A stretch of 64,000 bases of DNA from Clostridia bacterium (GCA_017521005.1 JAFXEC010000015.1:1241-65240); one strand, 5' to 3'. Positions 1-10,133 are shown, counted from the first letter of the stretch. A program made the numbers and translations. Notes: generated by a model not told the origin, from the letters alone.

Positions 1-95
1 CATCAAGTCAATGGTCAAGTATTAGTATAGATAATTACAATAGTTATAATGAGGATTTACTTAATGCCAATGTTAATTTTGAATATACAATATAA
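1..95 (+). CDS. 3' end of an unidentified CDS entering from the left edge (...NANVNFEYTI*)
   Basis: Frame 3 is open from the window edge to TAA at 93-95 and is followed by a hairpin terminator. Too short to assign a function. Confidence 0.3.
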   Translation, partial: SSQWSSISIDNYNSYNEDLLNANVNFEYTI

Positions 96-114
96 AAACT
101 AAATACAAACGCAC

Positions 115-143
115 AAAAGGAACAGTTTTAACTGTTCCTTTTT
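115..143. terminator. Bidirectional intrinsic terminator hairpin
   Basis: A 12-bp perfect stem, aaaaggaacagt / actgttcctttt, with a 4-nt loop and A/T runs on both sides. It lies between two convergent CDS. Confidence 0.65.
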
Positions 144-154
144 GTTGTTGTGGG

Positions 155-355
155 TTAGCAATAGATCGTCAGTGCCACCGCAATAGTTAGTATTACTAAT
201 CCTGCAATAAACACTGCTTTCATCAGCTTCCACGGGTATTCGCCTTTGTACTTCCGTTCGCTTTCTGTTTCGTTAACTTGAAACATTCTAGACAAAAGTG
301 GGAGCGCTATGCAAAAGCATGCCAAATAATACAGGATTATCTTAAGCGCTAACAT
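155..355 (-). CDS. Small two-TM membrane protein (66 aa), unknown function; GC-rich relative to its surroundings
   Basis: An ORF with a GGAAGG RBS upstream of the ATG. It has two hydrophobic helices separated by a charged loop (NETESERKYKGEYPWK), and the terminator at 115-143 lies downstream. Confidence 0.45.
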   Translation of the reverse strand: MLALKIILYYLACFCIALPLLSRMFQVNETESERKYKGEYPWKLMKAVFIAGLVILTIAVALTIYC

Positions 356-526
356 TGCAACCTTCCTTTCCTTATAGATTTATTCTAAAAATTTATTAGA
401 ATACTAAATTTTTTACTGTTTGTATTATATCATACGATTTGGTAAAAAGTCAAGAAAATGGCTAGATATACGCAAAATATGACATTTTACTTTTCTCTTT
501 TAATGTATATTTTTATTGGTGGTTTT

Positions 527-1408
527 ATGGATTATGTTTTAAATATTTTGCCAATGGAAATTATGCAATTGGTTTTAAGGTTAGATAATTTAGATAGTAT
601 TACTGAAATAAGATTAAGGGCGGGAAAAAATATATATGTATATTTCGGACTAGAGGAATGTGTTTTGCCATACATTATTTCTAAAATGGATTTAATAAAT
701 ATATTAAAAAATATATCTTTTAACAGTATATATTCTGTACAACAAGAGATTAATAATGGTTTTGTTACAATAACCGGCGGACATAGAATAGGTGTAGTTG
801 GAGAAATTGTATTAAAGGATGGTGTAGTAACAAATGTTAAAAATATATCTTCTATGAATATACGTATAGCAAAGGAATATATTGGAATTAGTAATGACGT
901 GTTAGATAAAGTTTTAGTTTTAGGTTCAGTATTAAATACAATTATATTATCTCCGCCACTATGCGGCAAAACAACGTTATTACGAGATTTAGCGAGGAAT
1001 ATTAGTAATAGCGGTAAGAATGTATGCATAGTGGATGAAAGAGGAGAAATAGCGCCGATGTATGATTCTAAATGCATTTTAGATGTAGGGAATAGGACAG
1101 ATGTGATTAGTGGCGGAACAAAAGATATCGGAATAAGAATTGCTGTTAGAAGCATGGCACCAAATGTTGTATGTGTAGATGAAATTGGAACTAAAAAAGA
1201 TGCAGAAGCACTTAAATATTTAAGTATAAGCGGTGTTAATTTTATAGCGACAATGCATGGTAAAAGTATTAACGATTTGTTGCTTTCGGACATATCTTGT
1301 TTACTTAAAGAAGGATATATTTCAAGGGCTATATTGCTATCTAATAAAAATGGAATAGGAACTATTGAAAATGTTTATACTGATTTATCTTCTAATTTTC
1401 GACCATAA
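527..1408 (+). CDS. spoIIIAA: Stage III sporulation protein AA (AAA+/secretion-type ATPase)
   Basis: Walker A motif SPPLCGKTTLLRDLAR, and it is the first gene of an eight-gene spoIIIA-like array. The ORF-track start at 458 has no RBS, whereas ATG 527 (MDYVLN) follows GGTGG. A sigmaE-like -10 (CATACGAT) lies at 431-438. The start is uncertain. Confidence 0.85.
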   Translation: MDYVLNILPMEIMQLVLRLDNLDSITEIRLRAGKNIYVYFGLEECVLPYIISKMDLINILKNISFNSIYSVQQEINNGFVTITGGHRIGVVGEIVLKDGVVTNVKNISSMNIRIAKEYIGISNDVLDKVLVLGSVLNTIILSPPLCGKTTLLRDLARNISNSGKNVCIVDERGEIAPMYDSKCILDVGNRTDVISGGTKDIGIRIAVRSMAPNVVCVDEIGTKKDAEALKYLSISGVNFIATMHGKSINDLLLSDISCLLKEGYISRAILLSNKNGIGTIENVYTDLSSNFRP

Positions 1409-1496
1409 CATATATTTCTTTTATTTCTCTAGTACAAAAATATACATTATTCTTTTTTATAATAATATATATTATCTGTAGATACGGAGGATACAT

Positions 1497-2006
1497 ATGT
1501 TAATGGTTAGATTGTTTGTTGGTATTACATTAGTTGTTGTATGTGCGCTTGTGGGAGTGTACAAAAGTAGGAAGTTTGAAACAAGAGAACATATATTAAG
1601 AGAAGCTATATACCTTTTTAGAGGTTTAGAGAATGAGATTAGATTTTCATTAAATACACTTCCAAATGCAATCGAAATAATTAGACAAAGAATGAATACT
1701 CATCTTAAAGATGTATTAGGAAGTATATCTTTGATGCTTATTAAATCTAATATAGATAACAGCGAGATGTCAGGTGAATTAGATAGATTAGATTCGCTTA
1801 CATCTTATGATAAGCAAATAATACTCACAGGAATAACAAGTCTAGGTTCGAGCGATATTGATGGTGAACAAGGAATTATTAATATGACTATATCCTCTCT
1901 TGAAAGTGAACTTGATGAAGCGATTGAAAGCAAAAAGAAAAACTCTAAAATGTATAAAACAGTTGGACTTGCAACTGGTCTTGTAATTGCAATTATATTA
2001 ATTTAG
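1497..2006 (+). CDS. spoIIIAB: Stage III sporulation protein AB
   Basis: Its position in the operon, an N- and a C-terminal TM helix, its size (169 aa) and a GGAGG RBS. Confidence 0.8.
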   Translation: MLMVRLFVGITLVVVCALVGVYKSRKFETREHILREAIYLFRGLENEIRFSLNTLPNAIEIIRQRMNTHLKDVLGSISLMLIKSNIDNSEMSGELDRLDSLTSYDKQIILTGITSLGSSDIDGEQGIINMTISSLESELDEAIESKKKNSKMYKTVGLATGLVIAIILI

Positions 2007-2014
2007 GAGGAAGT

Positions 2015-2209
2015 ATGAGTATAGATATTTTATTTAAGATAGCGGGTATTGGAATACTTGTTGCGGTATTAAATCAAGTGCTTTCTAAAGCTGGACGCGA
2101 AGATCAAGCGATGTTAATTAGCATAACGGGATTAGTGATTGTTCTAATGATGGTGGTAAAAGAAATAAGCGGGCTTTTTGATACAGTAAGAACAACATTC
2201 GGATTGTAG
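2015..2209 (+). CDS. spoIIIAC: Stage III sporulation protein AC
   Basis: A 64-aa two-TM protein in the canonical position. The sequence FKIAGIGILVAVLNQVL..AGREDQA is typical of SpoIIIAC. Confidence 0.85.
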   Translation: MSIDILFKIAGIGILVAVLNQVLSKAGREDQAMLISITGLVIVLMMVVKEISGLFDTVRTTFGL

Positions 2210-2217
2210 GTGGTAAT

Positions 2218-2601
2218 TTGGATATTTTCAAAATATTAGCTTTTACGCTTGTTGCTTTAGTGGTGATTTTAATAGTAGAAAAAACCAATAAAGAAATTGG
2301 AATACTACTAGTCTTGGTTGCCAGTATATGTGTGTTTTTAAGTGTGTTTATGAGTGTGAAGGAAATTATAATAGTACTAAAAAAACTAGCGGATGGTGCG
2401 GGAATAAATCATGCATATTTGGAATTATTACTTAAGGTTACAGGAATTGCATATTTGGTTGAAATAGTTAAAAATGTGTGCATGGATGCTGGCAATTCTA
2501 CACTTGCTTCTAAAACAGAACTAGCTGGTAAAGTAAGTATAGCGATTCTTGCTATTCCTTTAATAACCAATGTTGTATCACTAATTGGGAGCGTTATATA
2601 A
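2218..2601 (+). CDS. spoIIIAD: Stage III sporulation protein AD
   Basis: A 127-aa polytopic protein that is a paralog-like partner of AC, with a TTG start after GGTGG, in the canonical position. Confidence 0.85.
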   Translation: MDIFKILAFTLVALVVILIVEKTNKEIGILLVLVASICVFLSVFMSVKEIIIVLKKLADGAGINHAYLELLLKVTGIAYLVEIVKNVCMDAGNSTLASKTELAGKVSIAILAIPLITNVVSLIGSVI

Positions 2602-3747
2602 ATGATCAAAATACTAAAGAAAATATTTATTCTAACAACTTTACTTTTAGGTATATATACAATATGTATTTGTGTATACGCAAATACAAACGATGCTATT
2701 GAAAAAGAAATAGAAAACTACAAACTAAATGACATGGTAAATACTTTAGAACAATATACTGAAGGAATAGATTTGAATACTGTAAAAGAGGATTTGTTAG
2801 AAGGTAATGGATTAGACATGCCAAACATATTTAATGCTATTGGTAATGTGCTGTTTAGGGAAATTAAAATAGAATTAAAGACGGCGGTAGAAATATTAAT
2901 GGTGTTAGTTTTGATAGGTATAATTAAATGCTTAGAATTAGAAGAAGGAAGCCTTAATAAAGTAGTAAACATATTAAGCTTTTTAATTCTTACTTCTATG
3001 ATATTAAAAAATTATACTAATATATTAACACTTTTTAAGAATACTATTGCAAATATAACTAATATAACAGAAATAATATCTCCTGTGATACTAGGAATAC
3101 TAATTGCAACCGGTGAAGTTGTAACATCTGGAATAATAGGGCCAGTTATTATGTTTTTAACATCTTTAGTAGGGATTGCTGTAAATTATATTATTATGCC
3201 ATTACTAAACATTTCTCTGGTTTTTAGAATAATTAGTAGCGTTTCAGATGCGGTGAATTTAGATAAATTAGGTGGTTTTTTAAGTAGTAGCGCAATGTGG
3301 ATAACGTCAATTGCTTTTACAATAGTTTTAGGTGTATTAGGATTAGAAACGAGTGTTTCTACAAGCGTTGATGAAATAACGGTAAAAACCACTCAAGCTG
3401 CAATTTCTAATTTGGTGCCGGTGGTTGGTAAATTTGTATCGGATAGCACGGAAATAGTTATGGGTGCATCGGAAGTAATAGGCAAAGCGATAGGTGTGAT
3501 TGGAATACTCGTAATATTTATTGTACTGTTACTACCTGCACTTAAGATATTGTTAATTGGTGGAATATATAGTCTTGTAGAGGGAATAAGTGAAACATTA
3601 GTTAAGGATAATAAAATAACAGGAATAGTAGGAACATTTGCGAAACAATATAATAAATTAGCGGGTATTATGATTGGAGTAGGAGTAACTTTTGTGATTA
3701 CCATTGCTATAGCTATAAGTTTGATTGGAAGGGCGGTAGGAAGTTAG
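2602..3747 (+). CDS. spoIIIAE: Stage III sporulation protein AE
   Basis: A 381-aa protein with a signal/TM segment plus multiple C-terminal TM helices, in the canonical position. Confidence 0.85.
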   Translation: MIKILKKIFILTTLLLGIYTICICVYANTNDAIEKEIENYKLNDMVNTLEQYTEGIDLNTVKEDLLEGNGLDMPNIFNAIGNVLFREIKIELKTAVEILMVLVLIGIIKCLELEEGSLNKVVNILSFLILTSMILKNYTNILTLFKNTIANITNITEIISPVILGILIATGEVVTSGIIGPVIMFLTSLVGIAVNYIIMPLLNISLVFRIISSVSDAVNLDKLGGFLSSSAMWITSIAFTIVLGVLGLETSVSTSVDEITVKTTQAAISNLVPVVGKFVSDSTEIVMGASEVIGKAIGVIGILVIFIVLLLPALKILLIGGIYSLVEGISETLVKDNKITGIVGTFAKQYNKLAGIMIGVGVTFVITIAIAISLIGRAVGS

Positions 3748-3748
3748 A

Positions 3749-4243
3749 ATGAAAGAATATATAACTACGTTGATATACATTTCGGTATTTAGTATTTTGC
3801 TAGAATTAGTAATTCCGTCAAGTAAACTTAAAAAATATATTTCAACTATTATATCTTTAGTTGTACTTATTTTGGTGCTTACGCCAGTTATTAATGTAGT
3901 AAAGGCCGAAAACATATTAGAGGTTTTAGCTGGAAGAGTAGATGAGATGAATTTTAATATAATAAACAGTTCTAAAGAATATGATGTTAATTTGTATAAC
4001 AATGAAAATATAAATAGTAGTGTCAAGAATAAAATAGAACAAGATATATATTATAATTGCAAGCAACAAGGTTTTGAGGTGATTATGGTTGATGTTACAT
4101 TAACTAATGAATATTTAATAACAGATGTGAATATATATGTTAGTAACATATCTAATGTGGATGCAGCAAAACAAATAATTAGATATGTAACCGAAACGTA
4201 TAACTTAAAGAAAAATTATATAAGTATTATAAAGGCGGAGTAA
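3749..4243 (+). CDS. spoIIIAF: Stage III sporulation protein AF
   Basis: A 164-aa protein with two N-terminal TM helices and a soluble ring-building-like domain, in the canonical position. Confidence 0.75.
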   Translation: MKEYITTLIYISVFSILLELVIPSSKLKKYISTIISLVVLILVLTPVINVVKAENILEVLAGRVDEMNFNIINSSKEYDVNLYNNENINSSVKNKIEQDIYYNCKQQGFEVIMVDVTLTNEYLITDVNIYVSNISNVDAAKQIIRYVTETYNLKKNYISIIKAE

Positions 4244-4246
4244 CAA

Positions 4247-4795
4247 ATGATGGATAAATTAAAAGAATTATTAAATAAAGATAAAAAGATGAGCAATCTA
4301 GTATTAATTGCAATATTACTCATAATTGTATTAATATCAACAGGATATATCTGGGGTGACGAAGAAAAACAGGTATCAAGTAATAATGTTTTAAGTAATA
4401 ACGGAAATAATATTCAGTTTAATGATGGGTATGATTTAGAAAAGAAACTATCTAATATAATATCCAAAATTGAAGGCGTAGAGTCTGCAGAGGTTATGAT
4501 AAGCTATTCTACTACCGAAAGAATAATTCCTGTATATGATGTAAAAGAAGACATTAATACGGTAAAAGAAAATGTTAAAGAAAGCACCAAGACCACTACA
4601 GAGAAGACAGTTGCGTATGAATCCAAGGATGGAAGCAAAATTGCTATCGTGGAGAGTAAAGAAACAGCTGCGGCAGTTGGTGCGATTGTTGTTGTTAGTG
4701 GAGAGGTATCGGATGATGTAAGTGAAGATATAAAAGAAGCAATATCTTTCGCTACAAGCGTACCAATACATAAAATACAAATATTTATAAATTAA
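4247..4795 (+). CDS. spoIIIAG: Stage III sporulation protein AG
   Basis: An N-terminal TM helix followed by the LSNIISKIEGVESAEVMISYS ring-building-motif region, in the canonical position. Confidence 0.8.
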   Translation: MMDKLKELLNKDKKMSNLVLIAILLIIVLISTGYIWGDEEKQVSSNNVLSNNGNNIQFNDGYDLEKKLSNIISKIEGVESAEVMISYSTTERIIPVYDVKEDINTVKENVKESTKTTTEKTVAYESKDGSKIAIVESKETAAAVGAIVVVSGEVSDDVSEDIKEAISFATSVPIHKIQIFIN

Positions 4796-4804
4796 GGAGA
4801 ATAT

Positions 4805-5362
4805 ATGAAATTGTTAAAAAGAAATCAGATGCTAATGTTATCTTTAGCTTTTATGGTTATGATAGCAGGATATATCAATTATAGATATGACCCTAAAAGA
4901 GAAGAAAATTTAGGAAGTACTGTAAAGGTGGATAGTAATAAAAATGTAAATGTATATTTAGAAACATTTACGGATAAAGATGAGAGTTTATATAAAGATA
5001 AGGAAGATAATGAGAAGAGCTTAGGAACTTTTAAATCGTCAAGAGATAATATGTTGTCTGAACTAGAAAGTACATATAAAGAACTTATTAGCGTAAATGT
5101 TAGCAGTAGTGAGATTAAAATATATAATGAAAAATTAGATGAAATAATTAAGAAGAAAAACCTAATAAAAATAGTTGAGGATATGATTAAGTTAAAAGGA
5201 ATAGAAGAAGTTGTAATAATTCCAAATGATGATTCATACAATGTAATGATAGGTAGTAAAAATGAACTTACAAAATCTCAAATCGCTATGATTGAAAAAC
5301 TTTTAATGGATGAATTTAATATAAATGCAGAAAAAATAAAAATTATTGTAAAAAGTAGTTGA
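4805..5362 (+). CDS. spoIIIAH: Stage III sporulation protein AH
   Basis: An N-terminal TM helix and a charged linker. The C-terminal domain (...GIEEVVIIPNDDSYNVMIGSK..LTKSQIAMIEKLL) is typical of SpoIIIAH. It is the last gene of the operon. Confidence 0.75.
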   Translation: MKLLKRNQMLMLSLAFMVMIAGYINYRYDPKREENLGSTVKVDSNKNVNVYLETFTDKDESLYKDKEDNEKSLGTFKSSRDNMLSELESTYKELISVNVSSSEIKIYNEKLDEIIKKKNLIKIVEDMIKLKGIEEVVIIPNDDSYNVMIGSKNELTKSQIAMIEKLLMDEFNINAEKIKIIVKSS

Positions 5363-5388
5363 CTTATATTTTTTATATATGCTATAAT
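5359..5388 (+). promoter_or_regulatory. SigmaA-type promoter overlapping the spoIIIAH stop codon
   Basis: TTGACT (5359-5364), an 18-nt spacer, then TATAAT (5383-5388). Confidence 0.55.
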
Positions 5389-5394
5389 AAATTG

Positions 5395-5648
5395 CGTACG
5401 AAAAATTAAAAGTCGCCTTAATAGGCAAGTTGTATATAGTTATGTCTGGCGTTATGCCATTTATAGAGGAAACTGACAGTTAGTTGGTATTAAGTAGATA
5501 GGTTGAGACAACAACCTTTACGAATTCTTATTTGATATTCTCCCATAGTTAAATAAGAGTGCGTAAAGTTTATATATATATTTCCCATCCCCATCTTACC
5601 CCCCTCTCCCGAGGCCTTAGATTAATTTCTAAGGTCTCTACCCTTTTA
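5395..5648 (+). ncRNA. Candidate structured small RNA of unknown family
   Basis: It lies between the strong promoter (5359-5388) and a 10-bp hairpin (5611-5638). It contains a long interrupted hairpin at 5516-5568 (ctttacg...cgtaaag, with an inner 10-bp stem). It also has a C-rich tract at 5584-5610 that is unusual for this genome. There is no plausible ORF. Confidence 0.3.
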
Positions 5649-5758
5649 AAGAGAAAAATAATATAATATGTACATAAAATAAACTGTAAATATATCTTAA
5701 AATACAGTTGAAATAAAATATAAAATGATATAGAATAAACTAAACAAGAGGTGGAAAA

Positions 5759-7453
5759 ATGGAAGAATTTTATAAGAAACTAGAGAAAGAGTATGGGATA
5801 GATAAAGAATCTTTTAAGAAACTTGCAGTAATAGGCGTTATAGCTCTTATACTTGCAGGTGTTGGTATATTTTGGCTGTTAGATTCTATGAAGGTAAAAA
5901 CATTACCATATAATGAATTGAAAGCCAAGGTAGAGAACCTTTGGAGTCAAGCAAAATCTAAGGGTGCTACAACAGAAGCAGATTATAGAAAATATATAAC
6001 AGATAGATTAACAAAAGTAAATTATAGACAATACGAACTTGATGTAACAACTAATGGCGTAGAGGTTATAGATAGAGTAGCAAGCTTAAATAAATATGGC
6101 TTCTTTTTTGATGTACCATATCAAATAATAATAACAAATAGTGATGGTATGTATACAAAATATGCAATAATATTCCATGAAGATGGAACGGCTGATACAT
6201 ACATTGCAAACGAAGAATCACAATACTACTTAGTATGTGATGCACTTCAAAACGAAAGGAACTTAAAATATGAAACCCGTTTCGTAAAACTAAATGGGTA
6301 CGATTTACAATTTTCAGCAGATGGATTTGATATAGTTATAACTAGAGTTCCAGAAGAAGGCGAAGAAATTAACGAAGAAGACATACCAAAGTATTCTGCA
6401 ACTGTAACATATGATCCTGATCATGGGATATTTAGAGAGTATGTTTATGCTGGCGTTGTAGATGATCTCCAAACTATGGTTGCATTAAGCGCAGCGGACA
6501 AATTAACAATAGTACAAGAAACTGGAACTAAAGAATTACAAATAAGAACAGATTGTGATGGACATAGAATTATATACGAAGGTAGCGTATATGCAACTGT
6601 TTCAATGGATGGCAAAACGCTTAAGATAGGAACAAATGTATTGCAAATACAAGAAACTCCATACACATATAATGTGGAACAACCAAAATATCCTGGAATG
6701 AAGGTTAAATTAGTAAACGGTTCTACTGTAGATAACTTAAAAGCTGGGAAACCAAAAACAGGGGATATAATCTTATATAACGATTATATGTATGTATGCA
6801 ATAAAAGATTTGAAAAAGACGAATGGGTTGTATTTAATGAAGATGAATCAAAACCACAATGGGGTGTGCAAGTACTAGGAACAGAGTATGAGTTAGTAGC
6901 GGATATGGAAGATGAAATATTTGGTGTGCCGGTTACTATGGTTACATATACATATGCGAATTGTACAATGTTAGCAGATGCACCTAAAATATCTACTAAT
7001 GCAAAAGATATGTCATTTGCATTTAGCTATTGTTCAAACCTTAAATATTCTCCAAGAATCCCTGAAGGCGTAAAAAATATGACTAATACATTTAGTGGAT
7101 GTAGTGCGATGAAAACAGCATCTGTTTTACCAACTGGAGTAACAACATTAGTTAAAACATTTGAAAAATGTTCGGGATTACTTAGCCCTGTTAAAATTCC
7201 GGAAAATGCAGAAGATATAACTTGCATGTACGATGGTTGCAAGATAATGACGGGTAGCCTAAAAATAGATTCCAACAAGATAGAAAAATACGATAGCTGT
7301 TTTGGAGGAACGGATGAATTAATAATACTTTCTGGAAAGTGTGAAGAAGAAAAATTAAGATTATATGCAGCTACTTCGGCTGGAAAAAATGTAAAACTTG
7401 CTTCAGACCCAGAAGTAGATACTGGTGATGGCTTTACAGAGATTAATCAATAG
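5759..7453 (+). CDS. Membrane-anchored surface protein with C-terminal BspA/DUF285-type leucine-rich repeats
   Basis: An N-terminal TM helix (aa 22-41). The C-terminus carries repeated units of about 22 aa: AKDMSFAFSYCSNL / VKNMTNTFSGCSAM / VTTLVKTFEKCSGL / AEDITCMYDGCKIM. Upstream promoter: TTGAAA, 17 nt, TAGAAT. A terminator follows at about 7466-7496. Confidence 0.6.
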   Translation: MEEFYKKLEKEYGIDKESFKKLAVIGVIALILAGVGIFWLLDSMKVKTLPYNELKAKVENLWSQAKSKGATTEADYRKYITDRLTKVNYRQYELDVTTNGVEVIDRVASLNKYGFFFDVPYQIIITNSDGMYTKYAIIFHEDGTADTYIANEESQYYLVCDALQNERNLKYETRFVKLNGYDLQFSADGFDIVITRVPEEGEEINEEDIPKYSATVTYDPDHGIFREYVYAGVVDDLQTMVALSAADKLTIVQETGTKELQIRTDCDGHRIIYEGSVYATVSMDGKTLKIGTNVLQIQETPYTYNVEQPKYPGMKVKLVNGSTVDNLKAGKPKTGDIILYNDYMYVCNKRFEKDEWVVFNEDESKPQWGVQVLGTEYELVADMEDEIFGVPVTMVTYTYANCTMLADAPKISTNAKDMSFAFSYCSNLKYSPRIPEGVKNMTNTFSGCSAMKTASVLPTGVTTLVKTFEKCSGLLSPVKIPENAEDITCMYDGCKIMTGSLKIDSNKIEKYDSCFGGTDELIILSGKCEEEKLRLYAATSAGKNVKLASDPEVDTGDGFTEINQ

Positions 7454-7632
7454 AAATTTAAATAATCAGAATAGAAATATTCTGGTTATTTTTTTAATAC
7501 AATTTAATATCAAAAGAATAGCTTAAAACAGTTGCAAAATAAGGTATTCTAATATATAATATGGTGAGTAAAATTATAACTTATAGTATAAATTAAAAGA
7601 TAAAAAATATAAATAAAAGGGAGGAAAATATT

Positions 7633-9024
7633 ATGCTAAAATTATACAATACATTAACTAGAAGCAAAGATGAGTTTATACCACTAGACAAAGAGACGGT
7701 TAAGATGTATTCATGTGGACCTACAGTATATAGCGAAGCTCACGTTGGAAACATGAGAGCATATATATTTATGGACACTCTAAGAAAAACTTTGAAATAT
7801 AACGGATACAAATTAAATCACGTAATGAATATAACAGATGTTGGACATATGACATCTGATGCTGATGAAGGCGAAGACAAAATGGAAAAAGCAGCAAGAG
7901 AAACTAAAAGAAATCCATTAGATATTGCCAAAGAATATACAGATAAGTTTTTAAGAGATATAGATAAATTAAATATAGAAAGACCAGAACATATAACACC
8001 AGCTACAGAACATATAAGAGAAATGGAAGCTTATGTTAAGAGAATAATGGATAATGGTTATGCTTATGAAACATCAAAAGGTATCTATTTTGATACTTCT
8101 AAACTTCCATCATATGGCGAACTTTCTAGAGTAAACCTAGAAAAACAAATGGCCGGTGCAAGAATTGAAGTGGATGAAGAAAAGAGAAATCCATTAGATT
8201 TCGCATTATGGATTAAAGCACCAGAAAATCACATTATGAAATGGGATAGTATTTGGGGAATCTGCTATCCAGGTTGGCATATTGAATGCTGTGCTATGAG
8301 CAACAAATACTTGGGCGAGAAATTTGATATCCATACAGGTGGAGTAGACCATATTCCAATTCACCACGAAAACGAAATAGCACAAGCTAAAGGTGCTACA
8401 GGTAAGAATCCTGCAAACTATTGGATACACAATGAATTCTTACTTATGGATGGTGGAAAGATGTCTAAGAGTTTAGGCAACTGCTATACAGTAACTACAA
8501 TTGAAGAAAGAGGTTATGAACCACTTTCATATAGATATCTAAACTTCACATCACATTATAGAAATAAATTAAACTATACATGGGAAGGAATAGATGCAGC
8601 TCAAACTTCACTTAACAGACTACGTGAAAACTATAAAGAACATGTAAACGGAACTGGTACTGTAGATGAAACAGAAATAGCAAGATTAGAACAAGAATTC
8701 TTAGATGCAATAAATGATGATATGAACATGCCAGCAGCTTTAGCAGTAGTATGGGAAATAGCAAAGAATAACAATCGTTCTAAAGATTATGCTAAACTAC
8801 TAGATAAATTTGATACAGTATTATCTTTAGGAATTGATAGAGAGCCTTTCAAAAAGGAAGAAACAATTGAAATTAACGATGAAATAGAAGAATTACTTGA
8901 AAGAAGAAAACAAGCAAGACTAAATAAAGACTTTAAAACATCTGATGAAATAAGAGATGAATTATTAAGTCTAGGATATAAAGTAATAGACACAAAAGAA
9001 GGACAAAAGATAGAAAAAGTTTAA
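7633..9024 (+). CDS. cysS: Cysteine--tRNA ligase
   Basis: A HIGH-type motif (HVGNMRAY), KMSKS ([10 protein letters not shown]), the zinc-binding CYPGWHIEC segment and a length of 463 aa. Confidence 0.95.
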   Translation: MLKLYNTLTRSKDEFIPLDKETVKMYSCGPTVYSEAHVGNMRAYIFMDTLRKTLKYNGYKLNHVMNITDVGHMTSDADEGEDKMEKAARETKRNPLDIAKEYTDKFLRDIDKLNIERPEHITPATEHIREMEAYVKRIMDNGYAYETSKGIYFDTSKLPSYGELSRVNLEKQMAGARIEVDEEKRNPLDFALWIKAPENHIMKWDSIWGICYPGWHIECCAMSNKYLGEKFDIHTGGVDHIPIHHENEIAQAKGATGKNPANYWIHNEFLLMDGGKMSKSLGNCYTVTTIEERGYEPLSYRYLNFTSHYRNKLNYTWEGIDAAQTSLNRLRENYKEHVNGTGTVDETEIARLEQEFLDAINDDMNMPAALAVVWEIAKNNNRSKDYAKLLDKFDTVLSLGIDREPFKKEETIEINDEIEELLERRKQARLNKDFKTSDEIRDELLSLGYKVIDTKEGQKIEKV

Positions 9025-9035
9025 GGAGGAAAAAC

Positions 9036-10091
9036 ATGCCTATATTAGATAGAGCTAATAAGGATGAAGTAGAAAAGTACAACAGCTTTGTTAGAAACAG
9101 GGAACATACAAGTGCACTTCAAGATTTAAATTGGGGTAAGGTAAAAGAAGGTGAGTGGGAACAGGAGGCCGTTTATTTAGAGCAAAACGGCAACATCACT
9201 GCCGCAATGATGATATTAATACGTAAGTTTGCTAAAGGAATTAGCATTATGTATGCACCACGTGGCCCTGTTTGTGACATAGAGGATGTATCAACAGTAA
9301 AAAAACTTATAGAAGAAGCAAAACCACTAGCAAAGAAATATAATGCTTTTGTACTTAAAATGGATCCAGAAGCAATATATACAGAAAAACTAGAAGGTAT
9401 GTATAAAAAATCTGGCTTCAAAGTTAGAAATAAAGATAAACATAAACACGAGTTTATTCAACCAATATATAATATGATAATCCGTATGGGCACTAAAACT
9501 GAAGAAGAAATATTTAAAGGTTACAGTGAAAAAACTAGATACAACATACGTGTTGCGGAGAAAAAGGGTGTAACAGTAAGATGGTCTAGAGATCCTAAAG
9601 ATATTGAAATTTTCCACGAGTTATCTGAAATAACTGCAACAAGAGATAAAATATCTTTAAGAAGCAAGGAATATTATATGCGTATGCTTGAAGCATATGA
9701 TGAGGAGCACTTAAGAATATATGTAGCAGAACATGAGGGCGAACCTCTATCTGCAGCTATAGCATTAAACTATGGTGGTAAGTTATTCTACATTTATGGA
9801 GCAAGCTCAAATGAAAAACGTAATCTAATGCCAAACTATCTAATGCAACAAACAATGATTAGATGGGCTTTAGAAACGGGTTGTACAGAATATGACTTTG
9901 GTGGCGTTTTTGAGATGGACAAGTCTAATGGATTATATAGATTCAAAGAAGGTTTCTGCCATCAAGAAGGTGTTACAAAGTTTATTGGTGAAATAGATCA
10001 TGTATACAAGAAAAGTGTATATTTTGCTTTTGTACATCTTTTACCAATATACAAGAAGCTTAGAGGATTACTTAAAAAGAGAAATAAATAA
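9036..10091 (+). CDS. FemAB-family peptidoglycan interpeptide-bridge aminoacyltransferase
   Basis: A 351-aa protein with the motifs YAPRGPV, YSEKTRYNIR, YGASSNE.RNLMPNYL and YDFGG that are typical of FemX/FemAB (lipid II aminoacyl transferase). Confidence 0.8.
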   Translation: MPILDRANKDEVEKYNSFVRNREHTSALQDLNWGKVKEGEWEQEAVYLEQNGNITAAMMILIRKFAKGISIMYAPRGPVCDIEDVSTVKKLIEEAKPLAKKYNAFVLKMDPEAIYTEKLEGMYKKSGFKVRNKDKHKHEFIQPIYNMIIRMGTKTEEEIFKGYSEKTRYNIRVAEKKGVTVRWSRDPKDIEIFHELSEITATRDKISLRSKEYYMRMLEAYDEEHLRIYVAEHEGEPLSAAIALNYGGKLFYIYGASSNEKRNLMPNYLMQQTMIRWALETGCTEYDFGGVFEMDKSNGLYRFKEGFCHQEGVTKFIGEIDHVYKKSVYFAFVHLLPIYKKLRGLLKKRNK

Positions 10092-10133
10092 CAATAATTA
10101 AATAAAAAATAACAAAGAAGGAGGTAAATACAT

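Noticed and set aside
532-1293. Long antisense ORFs opposite clearly recognisable genes: 532-1293, 10675-11562, 43743-44303, 47702-48409, 60025-61179, 15303-15752, 31883-32380 and many shorter ones.
   Set aside because: In AT-rich DNA the reverse strand of a real gene is often open. These products are low-complexity Ser/Ile/Leu/Phe strings with no RBS or motifs, while the sense strand carries strong family signatures.
7454-7632. An expected T-box leader upstream of cysS.
   Set aside because: The gap holds only a terminator for the upstream gene and a TTGCAA-17 nt-TATAAT promoter about 70 nt from the start codon. No specifier loop or T-box sequence is present.
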